From assembly GCA_963662265.2 (NCBI GenBank), contig CAXXHA010000027.1:1-21504 (forward strand): 21,504 bases of DNA, in the 5' to 3' direction. The position numbers and the translations under genes are program-made. The notes under the pieces are model-generated. The model saw only the letters and a list, made by a program, of their open reading frames with translations. It was not told the DNA's origin and searched no databases. Positions 19,291-21,504 of this stretch are shown piece by piece. How positions within the stretch are numbered: position 1 is the stretch's first letter; each line of letters starts with the position of its first letter. Origin of the DNA: Spirochaetia bacterium. Its GTDB lineage: Bacteria > Spirochaetota > Spirochaetia > CADAEX01.

Positions 19291-19762
19291 ATGTCTAGAA
19301 AAGGTGTAGCGGCAAAAAGAACTGTAATTCCGGATCCAAAATTCGGTAATACTGTTATTGCCAAATTTATTACAAGAATGATGCTTGATGGAAAGAAGTC
19401 TATCAGTACCAGAATAATGTATGAAGCACTTGATGTTCTTAGTAAGAAATCTGATAAAAGTCATGTTGAAGCTTTCGAAACAGCGCTTGAAAATGTAAAG
19501 CCGATGGTTGAAGTTAAATCAAGAAGAGTCGGCGGATCAACATATCAGGTACCTGTAGAGATAAGAGATTCCAGAAGGGAAGCTCTTGCAATGAGATGGC
19601 TGATTCAGGCTGCAAGGTCAAGAAGCGGAAAGTCAATGGGTGAAAAACTCGGTGCTGAACTTCTTGATGCTTTCAACTCAACCGGAACTGCTTTCAAGAA
19701 AAAAAGAAGATACACATAGAATGGCTGAAGCCAACAAAGCTTTTTCACATTACAGATGGTAA
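19291..19762 (+). CDS. rpsG: 30S ribosomal protein S7, with an apparent +1 frameshift at A7 (19699-19705)
   Basis: [23 protein letters not shown]. The in-frame ORF stops at 19719, but removing one A restores [23 protein letters not shown] ending at 19762 (156 aa, the normal length). Confidence 0.95.
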
Positions 19763-19825
19763 AAAAGCTCTCTGCCCTGTTTAGGGGTTGAGTAAATAAG
19801 ATTCATGTGTTAAAAAATACAGTCT

Positions 19826-20111
19826 GCATATTGGTTGAACCAAACCAATTGCTCCAGGAAGCAGGCACAGGTCTGCTTCCGTGACGGGGTAGTAAGGTGG
19901 TGAAGCTGTTAATCTATTCTTTTTTGAATTAATTACAACTTCATTATAACTGTCTCGTCATGAAAATCTTTCCAGGTGAAGCGGGATCGATGAAAATAAT
20001 TATGTTTTCATTACCGGCAAGTGCAGGAAAGAAGGATTATACTAGAAGTATAATCTCTTACATTATAAACAGGTTGGCGCATTTACATGGATAGTCCAGA
20101 ATGCATCGGCT
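19826..20111 (+). ncRNA. Candidate structured RNA (unknown family) in the rpsG-tuf spacer
   Basis: Six consecutive hairpins with many G-U pairs that work only on the + strand transcript. I did not recognise any known family. Confidence 0.4.
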
Positions 20112-20157
20112 GCATATAATATATTTTAGGTTTTTATATTTTATAAGGAGGAAACTG

Positions 20158-21342
20158 ATGGCTAAAGAAAAGTTTGAAAGATCCAAACCACATATTAACG
20201 TTGGAACTATCGGACACGTAGACCATGGTAAGACTACTCTAACCGCTGCAATCTCAATGTACTGTTCAGCTAAGCAGGGTGGTAAAATAATGAATTATGA
20301 TGATATTGATAATGCTCCGGAAGAAAAGGCCAGAGGTATCACTATCAATACACGACATATTGAGTATGAAACAGACAACAGACACTACGCTCATGTAGAC
20401 TGTCCCGGTCACGCTGACTACATCAAGAACATGATTACTGGTGCAGCTCAGATGGACGGCGCTGTTATTCTTGTAGCAGCAGACTCAGGACCGGAACCAC
20501 AGACAAGAGAGCACATTCTTCTTGCAAGACAGGTTGGTGTTCCAAAACTCATCGTATTCCTTAATAAAATGGACCTCGCAGATCCTGAACTCGTAGAACT
20601 CGTAGAAGTTGAAGTACAGGAACTCCTCGAATCATATGATTTCGATGCAGAATGTCCTATTATTAAAGGATCAGCTTTCGAAGCTATGTCAAATCCTACA
20701 GATGAAGAAAAAACAAAATGTATTGCTGAGCTTCTCGAAGCAATGGATACATATTTTCCTCTTCCAGAAAGAGCTGTTGACAAACCTTTCCTTATGCCTG
20801 TTGAGGATGTTTTCTCAATCCAGGGTAGAGGTACTGTAGTAACAGGTAGAGTAGAAAGAGGTATCATCAAGGTTGGTGAAGAAGTTGAAATCGTAGGTGT
20901 TAGAGATACACAGAAAACAACATGTACTGGTGTTGAGATGTTCAACAAACTTCTTGACCAGGGTGAAGCTGGTGACAACATCGGTGCTCTTCTCAGAGGT
21001 ATTGACAAGAAAGAAGTTGAAAGAGGACAGGTACTTGCTAAACCAGGTACAATCACTCCTCACACAAAATTCAAAGGTACAATCTACTGTCTTACAAAAG
21101 ATGAAGGTGGACGACACAATCCGTTCTTCACTGGCTACAGACCACAGTTCTATTTCAGAACAACAGATATTACAGGTACTGTAACACTGCCAGCTGATAA
21201 ACAGATGGTTATGCCTGGTGATAACACAGAAATCGATGTGGAACTCATCTACCCAATCGCTATGGAAAAAGGACTCAGGTTCGCTATCCGAGAAGGTGGT
21301 AGAACAGTTGCATCCGGCCAGGTAATCGAAATTAACGAATAA
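20158..21342 (+). CDS. tuf: Elongation factor Tu
   Basis: [59 protein letters not shown] 20158 follows AAGGAGG (394 aa); the ORF-track start at 20101 is too far upstream. Confidence 0.99.
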   Translation: MAKEKFERSKPHINVGTIGHVDHGKTTLTAAISMYCSAKQGGKIMNYDDIDNAPEEKARGITINTRHIEYETDNRHYAHVDCPGHADYIKNMITGAAQMDGAVILVAADSGPEPQTREHILLARQVGVPKLIVFLNKMDLADPELVELVEVEVQELLESYDFDAECPIIKGSAFEAMSNPTDEEKTKCIAELLEAMDTYFPLPERAVDKPFLMPVEDVFSIQGRGTVVTGRVERGIIKVGEEVEIVGVRDTQKTTCTGVEMFNKLLDQGEAGDNIGALLRGIDKKEVERGQVLAKPGTITPHTKFKGTIYCLTKDEGGRHNPFFTGYRPQFYFRTTDITGTVTLPADKQMVMPGDNTEIDVELIYPIAMEKGLRFAIREGGRTVASGQVIEINE

Positions 21343-21350
21343 GAAAATTG

Positions 21351-21381
21351 GCCCTCTGTTTTTTAACAGGGGGTATTTTTT
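21351..21381 (+). terminator. Terminator/attenuator hairpin between tuf and rpsJ
   Basis: GCCCTCTGTT-TTTT-AACAGGGGGT followed by ATTTTTT, directly before the rpsJ RBS. Confidence 0.6.
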
Positions 21382-21392
21382 CAGGAGGAAAG

Positions 21393-21504
21393 ATGGCCGC
21401 AGATAGGATCAGGGTGAGGCTTAGAGGATTTGATATAGAATTGATCGATCAGAGTGCGAAATCAATAGTTCAGACTGTTGGTAAGGCAGGATCAAAAGTA
21501 GCAG
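21393..21504 (+). CDS. rpsJ: 30S ribosomal protein S10, partial (runs off the window)
   Basis: [37 protein letters not shown]...; AGGAGG RBS; follows tuf. Confidence 0.95.
   Translation, partial: MAADRIRVRLRGFDIELIDQSAKSIVQTVGKAGSKVA

Noticed and set aside
19851-19880. AGGAAGCAG resembling the SRP RNA helix 8 motif
   Set aside because: The required upstream CAGG..GNRA arrangement is missing, and the segment is instead locked in its own hairpin.
20448-21056. 202-aa antisense ORF in tuf (and similar antisense or alternate-frame ORFs in nusG, rplA, rplL, rpoB, rpoC and the histidine kinase)
   Set aside because: These are typical shadow ORFs caused by codon bias of conserved genes; no RBS or recognisable domains.
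1-21504. CRISPR arrays, IS elements, prophage or defence genes
   Set aside because: No regularly spaced direct repeats, transposase, integrase or phage-like ORFs were seen; nearly all coding space is explained by core genes.

Overview
Core-genome window from a spirochete, most likely Spirochaetales. This is inferred from the Rpo[10 protein letters not shown] motif, a short L1 with [16 protein letters not shown], an EF-Tu with [11 protein letters not shown], and a RfuA-like lipoprotein. The left part (1-7000) has a minus-strand riboflavin-type ABC transporter (RfuA-like BMP lipoprotein plus a partial ATPase) transcribed divergently from ribose-phosphate pyrophosphokinase, an FGGY sugar kinase and an orphan PAS sensor histidine kinase. 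The right part is the translation/transcription supercluster: tRNA-Thr(GGT), rpmG, tRNA-Trp, secE, nusG, rplK, rplA, rplJ, rplL, rpoB, rpoC, rpsL, rpsG, tuf and the start of rpsJ. No mobile elements, CRISPR arrays or defence genes are visible. The main oddities: (i) fusA is missing between rpsG and tuf, and its slot is a ~395-nt spacer packed with back-to-back hairpins rich in G-U pairs, a candidate undescribed structured RNA; (ii) a second structured, possibly switching, 255-nt spacer lies between tRNA-Trp and secE; (iii) rpsG has a +1 frameshift in an A7 run, probably a sequencing error; (iv) twin palindromes, rather than an FMN riboswitch, lie upstream of the rfuA-like gene. All structure and homology calls were made by eye, without folding software or database searches.
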